Part shown: piece by piece, positions 19,145-29,013 of the stretch
Layout: each line of letters starts with the position of its first letter
How positions within the stretch are numbered: the first letter of the stretch is position 1
Source of the DNA: Trueperaceae bacterium
Lineage (GTDB): Bacteria; Deinococcota; Deinococci; Deinococcales; Trueperaceae
Reading direction: 5' to 3'
Assembly (NCBI GenBank): GCA_965213705.1
Contig: OZ243913.1
Span: 4,128,001 to 4,192,000 of the forward strand
DNA length: 64,000 bases
Notes under the pieces: model-generated
What the model was told of the DNA's origin: nothing
Database searches by the model: none
The model's input: the letters and a program-made list of their open reading frames with translations, nothing else
Program-made: the position numbers and the translations under genes

Positions 19145-20218
19145 TTAAGGACCGTTCAAGCGGATGAAAGCCGTTTTGAGGTCTGTCGTGTCAGCCGCGA
19201 GGACGCCCGAAACGCCCTGAGCGACTCCGGAGAGCGTTTCGCCCATCTGCCGCCCGAGTTCACTCTGTTGGGCGAGGCGCGTTTGTAACCTGGCCCGCTC
19301 GCGGGCGATTTGGCGCTCCTGCTCACTTACCAACACGCTCACCGCGTGCTGCAACTGCCAGGTCGTCAGCACTTGTTGTTGGGACAACACCCGCAGGTGC
19401 TCGATAGTCGCCCCTGAGAAAGCTGCGTCCTGGCGCATCAGGTCGGCAAGACCTTCGGTTAGATAAACGAGTGCGGTGCGCGTCGAGTTGGCGAGTTTGG
19501 CTTTTTCCTCGAGCTTGTTGGCTGTTCCTGGGTTTGGATTGGGAACACCTGAAACAGTAGGTAGACCCAGAACAGCCGTCATGGCGTCGCGGGACGCGGT
19601 CGATTCGCTAACCTCCTTGGCGAGCGCTTCGTTCATCGCGTGAGCGGCGTGCGCTTCAGCGTTCATTGTGGCAAGTTCGGCGATACGCTGCTCGTTCCTC
19701 GCCTCACCGACGGCTAGGTTGGGGTTGGCGCGCGTAGCTTGCTCGAGCCACCAGTCGGGCGTGTTTTCGGGGGCTCGAGGGGCGGAACGGTTCGAAAGAC
19801 GAAGCTCGTCCATGACCTCGCGTACCTTGGCTCTAAAGACGTCCGGACCTTCGGTAATCGCGTTTTGCAACTCCTGTAGTGCCCCGTCAATGGCAGCGCC
19901 GGGAAGGTTCGCCCCGAGCGTTCGCAACGAGTCGCTAAACCAGGTGTCGAAGAGGTCTTGGGCAAAAGCGGCCATGTCCGTGTGCAAGCTCGTGACCAGG
20001 TCTTCGACCTTGCCGACGAGTTGACCGGCGGTGCAAAGCCATTCGAAGTTCTCGTCAGCTACCTTTGTAACAGTTTGACAAGAACCGCCAAAAGCATCGG
20101 AAAGAGATTGAGCGCGTCCCGCACTGGTGATAGACAGAACGCCTACGACAAAGAAAGTTGACAGTAGAAACGCCAATCGTCTTTTTCGCCGCTTCAAAGT
20201 GCTTAATGCTGGAGACAC
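19145..20218 (-). CDS. Exported helical/coiled-coil conjugation protein (VirB5/TrbJ-like by position)
   Basis: Signal peptide, Ala/Gln/Glu-rich helices, directly downstream of virB4. Confidence 0.5.
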   Translation of the reverse strand: MSPALSTLKRRKRRLAFLLSTFFVVGVLSITSAGRAQSLSDAFGGSCQTVTKVADENFEWLCTAGQLVGKVEDLVTSLHTDMAAFAQDLFDTWFSDSLRTLGANLPGAAIDGALQELQNAITEGPDVFRAKVREVMDELRLSNRSAPRAPENTPDWWLEQATRANPNLAVGEARNEQRIAELATMNAEAHAAHAMNEALAKEVSESTASRDAMTAVLGLPTVSGVPNPNPGTANKLEEKAKLANSTRTALVYLTEGLADLMRQDAAFSGATIEHLRVLSQQQVLTTWQLQHAVSVLVSEQERQIARERARLQTRLAQQSELGRQMGETLSGVAQGVSGVLAADTTDLKTAFIRLNGP

Positions 20219-22879
20219 TTATCTCACCTCGACTGTCTGGGTCTGCTGGTTATACGCTTCATGTCCGCGCTTTAGTGACAGCTTTTCTTGTTTCTCTATG
20301 TCAACTTTTCCCTGACGCATTCCCTGTGGGTAAAGAGCTGCCAGTTCCTCGAGCGCCGGTAACCAGTGACCGCTGTGCCGTTCGAGCGCCCGGTCGCGCT
20401 CGGCAACGTCGTTCGCGTTGGTGGTGAAGGCCCAGTATTCCAGCGGCCTCGGCACCACCCGGAGCACGTCGCCCTCGAGCTTGCCGTCGCGGCGCACCCA
20501 GGCGAGCAGTTCGCGGTAGCGTGGGTCGGTGGAGAGTCCAAAGTAAGCGTCCATCGCCCGCTCGCTGAGGTGGAGCAAATTTCGGACCGCCTCCGCTTCG
20601 CCCGGTAGGGGCAAAAGAAAGTGGTAGCTGGTGTTTTGAAGGATGCCTTGCGCAGCGTCTTCTGTGAAGTCTTTCAGCGACTGCGTCACGGCATAGGCGG
20701 CGGCGTTGTAGCGGCGGAAGCGGCGATAGAGTTCGACGACGAAAGCCGCCGCTTGAGGCATTTTGAGGAGTGACCAAAACTCGTCCATGACGATGAGCTT
20801 GCGCCGTTCGGGTGTTCGCTTGACCCGTCGCCACACCGCGTCGGTGATGAGCAGCGTGGCGACGTTCTGGAGCTTCGGGTGACCCTCGAGCCCACTCGTT
20901 TCAAAGTAGAGGATGCTCGCGTCAGGAAGAACTGTGCTCTCGCGGTCGAGAAGGTTGCCAAAGGGCGTGTCGCCGGTCCAAGGTTGAAGCCTCAGCGCCA
21001 AGCTGCGGGCGAGGTCTTTTTCCACTCGGCTGGCCGGGCGCTCCCCAACCTCCTCGAGGGTAACGAGCACCCGCACCAGGTCGGACAGCCGCGCGCCGCT
21101 AAAGGTTTTCTTAACGCTGTTTCCGTCCCTGCGCTCAGAAAGAGCGCGGGCGTAGGTCTGCTGAACGGCCGCCATAAAGAGGGCGTCCTCGACCGCCGCC
21201 TCGTTCCCGTCTTCGGCCGGCACCATCGCCCGGAGAAGTGCCAGCAGAAAACCTTTCTTGGTATCGTCCGGCTCGAGCTGGCCGACGGGCAGGTCGAAGG
21301 GGTTGAGGCTGACCGCTCCAGCCGCATCGAAAGGAACGATTGCCCCACCGTAAAGCTCGACGAGGGGCGCGTACCCGTAACCGCGGTCGACAATCATCAC
21401 GTCGCAGCCATGTCCGAAAAGCTCGTTGATTAGAACTTGAGTAAAAAAGGTCTTGCCCGAGCCCGAGCCGCCGACCACGATGGCGTTCCAGTTGGCAGCT
21501 TTGGGGTCGAAAGGGTCTAAAGCTGTAAGGCTATTCCAGCGGTTGAGGAACAAAGCCGTGGGACGGTCGGCCCCGCGCCAGGGTCCACTCAAAGGGACGA
21601 AGTCGGCGGCGTTCTCCTCTAAAACCAGGTGCATGTGCTCGTTCGTGCGTCCGGAAAAAGGGGCTAGGGCGAAGAATTGCTCGAGCAGCGCCACGCCCTC
21701 CTGATAAGGCGTCACGCCGGGTAAGCTGGCAAAGGCGCTCACCGTCACCTCTAAGTTTTGGTGCAACGTTTCGCGCTCGCGGTCACACAAGAAGGCCGTC
21801 ATTCCAATCTGGAAGAGGTGACCCCCGGTGCGCGTCACGTGCAGGACCGCTTCATCGGTTTCTGCGGCTCCGGCGCGCACCGACGCGTCAACGTGGTCGG
21901 TGAACCCGCCTGTGTCACCCTCCGCCGACGTAAAACGCCGCGCCTTACTCTCGAGCGCCCGCGTGGTCGGCCCCTGCGGTTCATGCCGGTAGTCGACTAC
22001 CAGCCAGTAGAGGCCGGGAAGTCCCAACAAGCGTCCGGCCATGCCGACGTGCGTCTCGCCGCGCGGCAGCGTACCCATCGTCACTGCGCCGACGACGTAG
22101 TGACCGGTGCGCAGGTGGTCCCAGTGGTGATGAGCAAGGTCGCCACCTGCGAGGCGGGTACGCAGCGTATGCGGCGCGCGGTGCGGTTCTTTTTGAACGT
22201 AGCGGTGGGGCAGGTAGACTTCGGGAGGGTGGTACTGCGGCACCTCTCCCAGCCGCGCGCCTGGGTTGAAATAGCGCCACAGCAACTCGAACAAGCCTTG
22301 GTCGAAAAGTGGAGTGGGGCCGAAGCCGGCACTTCCCAAAAAGTTGGTGAGGCGCGTACGCACCGCCAAGGCGCGCCGTTCCCAAACCGCCAACTCATCC
22401 GGGCTGAGGCTGGGAACGGTACCCGGACGCCGTGGTTTGAAGCGGCCCGGCTGCAACACGCTACAGGTGAGATAGGCGCGAACTTCCACAAGTTCACCTT
22501 TTTGCCGAGCGGTCTCTAAGAAGGCGGTTTTGTCTTCTCTAAACGTTTGGGCTATTGGATGGCTACTGGTAAACTCATCCTGATAGCTGTTGAGCAATTG
22601 CTGTCTAAGAGGTGCTACCTCAACGAACAGCCGCAGCCGTTCCCCCTCCGGCACAGCAAAGCGAAGAGTGGAGAGAAGCGCACTGTGTAGACGCAGCAGG
22701 TCTTCATCACTCGCAAAGGTCGTCACGGGGAGGCGAAGCTCGAGCCCGACTTCGCATTGGCCGGTACTCAGAAACACGAGACCATTTCGAATTTCCCAGT
22801 AGGGTAGCGCCTTTGCAAGGCCCATTTCTCGTGGGCGGGTCAGCCCCGCAGTAACCTTGTCAAGCCAGGGGAACAACAC
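20219..22879 (-). CDS. virB4: VirB4/TraC-family conjugation ATPase
   Basis: NWNAIVVGGSGSGKT, IVDRGYGY, SLNPFD, LIVMDEFW, RRFRRYNAAAYAVTQS; 886 aa. Confidence 0.93.
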   Translation of the reverse strand: MLFPWLDKVTAGLTRPREMGLAKALPYWEIRNGLVFLSTGQCEVGLELRLPVTTFASDEDLLRLHSALLSTLRFAVPEGERLRLFVEVAPLRQQLLNSYQDEFTSSHPIAQTFREDKTAFLETARQKGELVEVRAYLTCSVLQPGRFKPRRPGTVPSLSPDELAVWERRALAVRTRLTNFLGSAGFGPTPLFDQGLFELLWRYFNPGARLGEVPQYHPPEVYLPHRYVQKEPHRAPHTLRTRLAGGDLAHHHWDHLRTGHYVVGAVTMGTLPRGETHVGMAGRLLGLPGLYWLVVDYRHEPQGPTTRALESKARRFTSAEGDTGGFTDHVDASVRAGAAETDEAVLHVTRTGGHLFQIGMTAFLCDRERETLHQNLEVTVSAFASLPGVTPYQEGVALLEQFFALAPFSGRTNEHMHLVLEENAADFVPLSGPWRGADRPTALFLNRWNSLTALDPFDPKAANWNAIVVGGSGSGKTFFTQVLINELFGHGCDVMIVDRGYGYAPLVELYGGAIVPFDAAGAVSLNPFDLPVGQLEPDDTKKGFLLALLRAMVPAEDGNEAAVEDALFMAAVQQTYARALSERRDGNSVKKTFSGARLSDLVRVLVTLEEVGERPASRVEKDLARSLALRLQPWTGDTPFGNLLDRESTVLPDASILYFETSGLEGHPKLQNVATLLITDAVWRRVKRTPERRKLIVMDEFWSLLKMPQAAAFVVELYRRFRRYNAAAYAVTQSLKDFTEDAAQGILQNTSYHFLLPLPGEAEAVRNLLHLSERAMDAYFGLSTDPRYRELLAWVRRDGKLEGDVLRVVPRPLEYWAFTTNANDVAERDRALERHSGHWLPALEELAALYPQGMRQGKVDIEKQEKLSLKRGHEAYNQQTQTVEVR

Positions 22880-23255
22880 CGACCTCCTTGTCGTTGACTT
22901 TGATTGTCCTAACGCTCAGAGGGAGGGGACGTTGACGTTTCCGTTGCATAACTGCTGGGTCAACAACTAGGGGAATGGCTCTATAGTCTGGACGTACTCG
23001 GTAAACTTCGGGCTCGCTGAGCCAACGGAAGAGGTGCAGGAAGAACTTGTTGGGCAACTGGTCACGTAGCGCCTGCCAACCCTTGAAGGTCAGGAAGATG
23101 AAAGCACCCGCAAACACGAGTCGCCAGCGGCCGGGAAAGAGCGCACCAAAGACGTTGAGGCCGATGAGCACACTAAAGAGGATGACGATAAAGTCCTGGG
23201 GGCGAAGACCCAACAGGCTGACGCCGTGGGTGAGATGGTAGACGCGGTGACGCAT
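22860..23255 (-). CDS. VirB3/PrgI-like small membrane protein
   Basis: Two TM helices; between pilin and virB4. Confidence 0.55.
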   Translation of the reverse strand: MRHRVYHLTHGVSLLGLRPQDFIVILFSVLIGLNVFGALFPGRWRLVFAGAFIFLTFKGWQALRDQLPNKFFLHLFRWLSEPEVYRVRPDYRAIPLVVDPAVMQRKRQRPLPLSVRTIKVNDKEVGVVPLA

Positions 23256-23264
23256 TCAATAAAC

Positions 23265-23624
23265 CTATTGACAAGCGTTTGTGGCGCTGGGAAAGAGAGT
23301 GAAAAAGAGGGTCGGCAAGCTGACGAGCGCCGTGATGGCGATGACGCCTTGGCCGATGCGTGAGAGAGCGCCACGGGCACCAATAGCCCAAAGCAAACAG
23401 CCGATAGCGAGCACCACCAGCGATGCGGCGATGCCGAAAGTGCTGGTCAGCGTCGTGTAGATGCTGCAAAGAAAGGTCGTGACATCCGCCAGCGGGTCGC
23501 TGCCTTGCTGGTTACCGCCGCCCTGCTGGGCATAGGCGAGACTCCCAAAGAAGACAACCGTTCCATATCCAAACCAAACGTGACCTATGGTGCGCCGAAA
23601 AAGCCTAAAAAACCTTCGAATCAT
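23265..23624 (-). CDS. VirB2/TrbC-like conjugative pilin
   Basis: Long signal peptide ending AYA-QQ, two hydrophobic helices; first gene of the operon with GGAGG RBS. Confidence 0.7.
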   Translation of the reverse strand: MIRRFFRLFRRTIGHVWFGYGTVVFFGSLAYAQQGGGNQQGSDPLADVTTFLCSIYTTLTSTFGIAASLVVLAIGCLLWAIGARGALSRIGQGVIAITALVSLPTLFFTLFPSATNACQ

Positions 23625-23729
23625 GGTTTTACCTCCGCAGTCAAGGTAGCGAACCCTTGGTGCAGAGGCGTGACAGGTAGAGCTTTACCAGGAAGGCCTT
23701 TGCAGAGGACGGTGTACTACCTTAGGGTC

Positions 23730-25403
23730 ATGAGCTACCTCAAACTCAACCCCGACATCCGCGAACACGTCAAAGCTGAAACGGGTTCCGACATACCTGA
23801 TCCCAACACTCCCGCCTTCGAACCCTTTCTAGCGGACCTCAAGGAGACCCGGCCAGAACTGGCGGAGGCGCTGGTGCAGGGACTCGAGGTCGAAGGTGCC
23901 GAACTGCCCGAGGAGGTACAGGCGCGCAGGGCCGGACGCCGTGAGGGGCGCAGGAACATCTTTCGCCGAATCTTTTTCAGCCGCAGTTATGAGGGAGACC
24001 CCAACCTCAACAAACGTAAGACGTTGTTCGTCATTGTGGCTGTGCTGGTGGCCGCTTTACCGTTCGCTTTTTTGGTTGACCAGCTTGCTGCCCGGCGTGC
24101 AGCGGCGCGTGAGGCGAGCTTAGCTGCGCTGGCAGTAGTGGACGAACCGCCTATAGTCTCAATTGCACCGCCGACGCCTGAAGAACAGCCGTCACAAGCG
24201 AATGCCGTGGTGGTTGAGCCCGCCGATTTGCCGAGTCCACCCTCGAGCCCGGTTGTAAGAGACGACCTCCCCCCGCCGCCCGGCCTGGTGGACCCAAGCG
24301 TTGTGGGTGCGCCGCCCAACACTGCTTCATCTCTCAGCACCTTTTTATCAGTGGTTGAGCATTCTCCAACCGCCTCACAGCCACAGGGGCTTCGCGTCTT
24401 CGCAGAGCCATTGTCACCACCGACCGCATTAACTGTAGCCACCGCAACCACCGCGCCCGGACAACTCAACCTACTCGCCAGCACAGCACAGGGTGCTGCC
24501 TCGCTGACCCCAAAAACACAAGCGACAGCGCTCAATATCGCAAAAGCGCAACCCGCCTCTACGCCCGCTTCTACCCTTACTGTGCTGAAGGATGTGTTAC
24601 CCGACGATGCAGCCCTGACAACCTCATCCTATTCGACTTCGCTCGAGCTTTCCAGCGCTGAACCGAATGCGTCCAGAGGCTCGAAAAGCTCTTTTCCTCA
24701 GTCAAGCGCTCAGCAAGACATCCATGAAGGTGCCGAGCCTCCAGTGTTACCGGAAGAAACCAGCCTGACGGCGTCCAGCCAAGAGGTCGGTGCTACCCAA
24801 GAGCAGCTGGCAAATAGGGAAAACTCATCTGCGCCGTCTAATGAACCTCCTATTACCTTTCAGCCCGGTGCTCGGATACCTGCACAGTTGGTGACCAGCG
24901 TCGCCGTGACGGAGGGCGTGAGTTCGCCGGTCGTCGCCGAGACACCCGCGGGTGGCACTTGGTGTATTGAGAAGGAGTGTCCTGCAGTGATTTGGCTCGG
25001 TACAGCCAAGCTCTCGCTCCCAGGAAGGGTAGAACTCAGGCTCGAGCAAGCGGTTGTAGACGGTGAAGCGCGAGCGGTGACGGCCACCGCGCTCGACAAG
25101 GACAACCTACCTGGACTTTCGGCGTCAGTAAGTGACTCGTCCCCGACGGTGGTTCAAGACCTTTTGCGAGCCGCCGCGGGCGGTGTGAGCGACTACGTTG
25201 AAGCCTTAGCAAACCGTCAGTCGGTCACAGTGAAAGAGGGAGGCGTAATCATCCGAGACATTGAAGTACCCTCACTCGACCAGTTTCTCCTGGGACGCGC
25301 TGCTAAGCTCTTCGACCTTCCGAATATGCAGACGGCTGTTGTCAGGTTGGCTCAAGTTGAGGCCGGGACGGAACTGAGTGTGCTTTATGGCGTCGGTGAA
25401 TGA
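23730..25403 (+). CDS. VirB10/TrbI-like protein (TM, Pro/Ser/Ala-rich linker, C-terminal beta domain)
   Basis: FQPGARIPAQLVTSV...PVVA...GRVELRLEQAV..VTATALD...GLSA; TACCTT-N6-ATG at 23730. Confidence 0.7.
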   Translation: MSYLKLNPDIREHVKAETGSDIPDPNTPAFEPFLADLKETRPELAEALVQGLEVEGAELPEEVQARRAGRREGRRNIFRRIFFSRSYEGDPNLNKRKTLFVIVAVLVAALPFAFLVDQLAARRAAAREASLAALAVVDEPPIVSIAPPTPEEQPSQANAVVVEPADLPSPPSSPVVRDDLPPPPGLVDPSVVGAPPNTASSLSTFLSVVEHSPTASQPQGLRVFAEPLSPPTALTVATATTAPGQLNLLASTAQGAASLTPKTQATALNIAKAQPASTPASTLTVLKDVLPDDAALTTSSYSTSLELSSAEPNASRGSKSSFPQSSAQQDIHEGAEPPVLPEETSLTASSQEVGATQEQLANRENSSAPSNEPPITFQPGARIPAQLVTSVAVTEGVSSPVVAETPAGGTWCIEKECPAVIWLGTAKLSLPGRVELRLEQAVVDGEARAVTATALDKDNLPGLSASVSDSSPTVVQDLLRAAAGGVSDYVEALANRQSVTVKEGGVIIRDIEVPSLDQFLLGRAAKLFDLPNMQTAVVRLAQVEAGTELSVLYGVGE

Positions 25404-25932
25404 GCGGATAGCCTATCTTAAACATGACCTCGCGACCGACCGCGTCTTGAGCAGCGGGCAGCTCAAACAGTATTACAGCCTGTCTGTGAATGAACTCAAG
25501 GACACTGACTTAAAGTTTGTCGAGGCCTTCCTCTCTCCAAGCCGGGGGAGCATCCGCTATGCCCAAATTTCTTTTGTGGGTTTGTCTTCCAGCATTGGCA
25601 GGCTCGAGGGAAACTCGCTACGGCATCTCGCCGGGATTGCCGAAATGCGGCGTGTCTTAGGTGCTCTTCCTGAAGACTGGACGAGCTTAGCAGCAGCCCG
25701 TCAGCAGCCCCGGACGCCGGACGCATTTTGGGAGACAGAGCGAGGGCTCTTGGCAATTGAGTACGACGTCGGCAGTTACAGCCCGACCCAGATCAGCGAG
25801 AAAGCAAAAAGCTTCAAGCGCTATGCCGGACAGGTTTGGGGCGCGCCAAGTCGACAACGTGTGCGGCACCTGTGGCATTTGCTCAAGCCGCTAGACAGCC
25901 ACTGTGTTGTTCTCTATGTGGCGTGGGCGTAG
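25387..25932 (+). CDS. Replic_Relax/MOB_C-like PD-(D/E)xK nuclease, candidate relaxase
   Basis: LRHLAG...RTPDAFW...LAIEYDVG...EK pattern; overlaps the virB10-like gene; no HUH relaxase seen in the element. Confidence 0.55.
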   Translation: MASVNERIAYLKHDLATDRVLSSGQLKQYYSLSVNELKDTDLKFVEAFLSPSRGSIRYAQISFVGLSSSIGRLEGNSLRHLAGIAEMRRVLGALPEDWTSLAAARQQPRTPDAFWETERGLLAIEYDVGSYSPTQISEKAKSFKRYAGQVWGAPSRQRVRHLWHLLKPLDSHCVVLYVAWA

Positions 25933-26885
25933 ACATTTTGTTCTGCCTTCCGAGGTTTTGTGCAGCAGTTGCGCGCACGCTAGCCGCAGAAGCCTGCGGA
26001 TTAGCTGCCCGGTTGTTCCGTTGTATTCTGCCAGGCGCAGTTTCTCGCCTGACAGAATACTCCCGCGCCTTGAGTCTATAGAAGCCGGTCAATACAGCAG
26101 AAAAACCGCAATCACCTAAGTATCTCCCGGCTATACATTGAGGTATGCCCACGCCTTTACGCTTTTTAAGCTTGACCGCAGAGCAGGATGAGACTTTGCG
26201 CGAACTGGAACTGAGTCCGCTTGTGAACGCCAAAGTGAGGTTGCGGGCGAGCATCGTCCGGCTGAATGGAGCTGGTTGGAGTGCTGGGCGGCTGGCTGAA
26301 CATTTCGGACGCAACCCACAAAGTATCCACAACGACTTAGACCGTTTTGAGGAGCAGGGGCTTGCAGGCTTGAGTGACGGCAAGGCCAAAGGTGCCAAGC
26401 CGAAATTCACGCCTGAGATAGAAGCGTTCTTGCACGACAAGCTTGCCGAGGCGCGCATCTGGAACAGTGGATTACTGGCTGAGGCGGTTGAGGAAAAGTT
26501 CGGGGTGACTTTGAGACGCGAGGCTGTGCGGGTAAAGTTGCTGGACCTCGGCTATACCTGGAAACGCAGCCGCTATGGGCCGGGCAAAACGGTAGACCCT
26601 AAGGTGGTAGCGGAACACCAAGCGTCACTCGAAACGCTCAAAAGGGGGCGCTGGACGAGAAGCTGACTTTGAAGTACCTCGACCAGATAGAACGGGCAAA
26701 GCCCGGCCCGTTGGGCCTAGTTCAGTGGCTTTTCTCTGATGCTGGGTTTGTGCTACAGCTGGTACCAAAAAGGCTCGGGAAAGCAGTTCGAGATACCTAC
26801 CCGCTGGAGTTCTAAAGGCCGGCTCAACCTCATCGGTTCGCTAGCCTGGAGTTGGTACGGGTTGAACGGACACAAAGAGTTTAGC

Positions 26886-27761
26886 TTATGCTGCTAACCT
26901 TTCCAAGCTCTGGGCTTCATAGCTTACAGGTGTCTCATAGCCCAGGCTGCTGTGGAGCCGCCAGCGGTTGTAATAGCCTTCGATAAACTCGAATACGGCA
27001 AGCCTCGCCTCCTCACGAGTGGCGAAGGTGGTTTGGTAAACGAGTTCTTTTTTCAAGGTAGCGAAGAAGCTTTCGATATAGGCGTTGTCTAAGCACGCGC
27101 CGGTGCCGGTAAAGCTCGGCCGCATCCCCCAGGTCGCCAGCTCCCGCTGATAGGCGTGACTCGTATACTGAGAACCCTTATCCGAGTGGTGGATAAGCCC
27201 CTTGCAGACGTGGCGCTGCTTGGTTGCCATCCGTAACGCCTGAACGACGAGGTCGGTTCGCATGTGCCTGTCCATCGCATAACCGACGACGCGCTTGGAG
27301 TAGGCGTCCATCACCGCGGCTAGATAAAGCCAGCCCTCAGCCGTCTTGATCAGGGTGATGTCCGAGTACCAAACCTGATTGGCAGCCGTGATGTCGGGCT
27401 TGGGCACGAGCAGGTTTGCTGTTTGCAGCGTATCTAAGGCTTTGCGCTGCTTATATTTGTGTTTGGGTACAGCGTAAATGCCAGCTTGCCGCATCAACCT
27501 TTTCACCCTCCGAAGCGAGCAAACAACACGTCGTTTACGCAATTCGGCGTGGATGCGGGGGCTACCATAGCGCTTACAGCTCTCCTCGAAGATAGCGTTG
27601 ATCTGCTCTAGCAGCGTTGTGTCCTCTCGTTCGCGCGCCGAAGGTCCTAGATTTGCCCGAGTCAGATAGCCGTAGAACCCGCTCCTGGATACCCGCATCA
27701 GCTTACACATCAGCGCTACTGGGTAGAAAGCGCGCCACGACGCGATAAAGGCAAATCTCAC
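26886..27761 (-). CDS. IS3-family transposase OrfB (DDE)
   Basis: YGSPRI, NQVWYSDITLI, WLYLAAVMD, HHSDKGSQY, DNAYIESFF, YNRWRLHSSLGY. Confidence 0.95.
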   Translation of the reverse strand: MRFAFIASWRAFYPVALMCKLMRVSRSGFYGYLTRANLGPSAREREDTTLLEQINAIFEESCKRYGSPRIHAELRKRRVVCSLRRVKRLMRQAGIYAVPKHKYKQRKALDTLQTANLLVPKPDITAANQVWYSDITLIKTAEGWLYLAAVMDAYSKRVVGYAMDRHMRTDLVVQALRMATKQRHVCKGLIHHSDKGSQYTSHAYQRELATWGMRPSFTGTGACLDNAYIESFFATLKKELVYQTTFATREEARLAVFEFIEGYYNRWRLHSSLGYETPVSYEAQSLERLAA

Positions 27762-28060
27762 CTCTGATTCCTCGCAAAGTACGCGCTCGCCTTTTTTAGA
27801 ATCTCGTTCTCCATCTCCAAGCGCTTGTTCTCTGCCCGCAAGCGCCTCAGTTCTGCCTCTTCAGTCGTCGGCTGTGCCCTTTTGTGTCCTGGCGCGAGCC
27901 GCCCGTCGCGATATTGCTTGCGCCAGTTCGACAGGTTCGACTTCGGTATGCCCAACCGTTGCGCCGCTTCAGGAACGCTATATCCCTGCTCCTCGACCAG
28001 CCGCACCGCGTCTAACTTGAACTCAACCTCATACTGCCGCACAACCCGTTTCTCACTCAT
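27758..28060 (-). CDS. IS3-family transposase OrfA (HTH), with A6G frameshift window
   Basis: YEVEFKLDAVRLV...LSNWRKQ...ENEILKKASAYF; CTAAAAAAGG slippery site near 27790-27799. Confidence 0.93.
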   Translation of the reverse strand: MSEKRVVRQYEVEFKLDAVRLVEEQGYSVPEAAQRLGIPKSNLSNWRKQYRDGRLAPGHKRAQPTTEEAELRRLRAENKRLEMENEILKKASAYFARNQR

Positions 28061-28530
28061 TTGGACCCCTTTCGAGACTTTCAATTCGTCTCTACTTTAG
28101 GTGTCCGCCACCCTGTCACCAAGTCCAGCCTTGTTCGGCAAGAACCAGCAGTTGAAAGTGCGTGAGCTTGAAGGTGCCTGTAATCAGACCCAAGTTATCG
28201 CTTATCTTGAAACCCTAGCCGAGAGTTGCAATCCCAAGCGCATTACCGTGGTTGTTCTCGACAACGCACCCTTTCATAAAGGCAAACAACTCACCCAGCG
28301 TCGAGCCGCCTGGGAAGCGAGAGGTCTTTATCTACGTTACTTGCCCGCTTACTGTCCACAACTCAATCTCATCGAGGGCATCTGGCGCAAGCTTAAAGGT
28401 TTCCTCATGCCCAGGCGCTGCTACGACACTCTCAAGCAGCTACAAGAAGCCCTCTTACTCGCACTTAAAGCCCTAAACGCAGTCTTTATCTAAATCTTTG
28501 CCGGGAGATACTTAGATTCAGCTACTCCCC

Positions 28531-29004
28531 TCAAACACAACAGGCCCCGCCTCTCGCCGAGGGCACAACTACGGGGGCATTCCCAGCTTGCTCGTACCGC
28601 GGTTTGCACGCGACCCCCGGCACGCTCAGGCTCACTCTCACGGCGTCGCCTGCCACATCCACACCACCAACCAGGTAACTGATGGCAGGTTCACCTATAT
28701 CCCCGTACTCGAAGCGCAGCACGGCCCCACCGTCGATGGGCACACTCGAGGCGACGCTGCCGTAGATGTCGAGGAATTTCCCGACCGTCATATAGCCTTC
28801 ACGGCTCGAGTCAGGTGCCCAAAGCTGCACCACGGTTTCGTTCCAAGCGTTCGCTCTACCGCCGCAGTCCATCGATCGTACCGTGACCGCCTTAACCTCC
28901 GTGACGTGGTAGCCGGGGGCTATGGTGCGCTCCCCGAGGTCGAAAACCAAAGCCCTGCTCTTGTTGTAGGTTTGCAGCTTATCCAGAAAAGTTTGGGTAT
29001 CCAT
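28531..29004 (-). CDS. DUF6428-family protein (arsenic-cluster associated), C-terminal CC
   Basis: GYHVTEVK...MDCGG...WNETVVQLW...FEYG; ends ACCV. Confidence 0.75.
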   Translation of the reverse strand: MDTQTFLDKLQTYNKSRALVFDLGERTIAPGYHVTEVKAVTVRSMDCGGRANAWNETVVQLWAPDSSREGYMTVGKFLDIYGSVASSVPIDGGAVLRFEYGDIGEPAISYLVGGVDVAGDAVRVSLSVPGVACKPRYEQAGNAPVVVPSARGGACCV

Positions 29005-29013
29005 GTTCGTCTC

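Larger units (their letters stand above)
26847..28127 (-). mobile_element. IS3-family insertion sequence (1281 bp) with 3-bp target duplication GCC
   Basis: TG...CA ends with imperfect IRs TGGAGTTGGTACGGGTTGAACGGACAC / TGGACTTGGTGACAGGGTGGCGGACAC; GCC at 26844-26846 and 28128-28130. Confidence 0.95.
26145..28493 (+). pseudogene. IS630 transposase, interrupted: HTH ORF 26145-26666, -1 frameshift at AAAAGGGGG, DDE part split
   Basis: Rebuilt DDE frame KYLDQ|SGFSL...GRLNLIGSLA|LFGKNQ...VVLDNAPFH...YLPAYCPQLNLIEGIW. Confidence 0.9.
26117..28514 (+). mobile_element. IS630-family element at a CTAG site (TA duplicated), disrupted by a 37-bp insert and an IS3
   Basis: Inverted repeats (C)TAAGTATCTCCCGGC at 26116-26131 and GCCGGGAGATACTTA(G) at 28500-28515; flanks rebuild ...ACC-TA-GAT... 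Confidence 0.93.
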
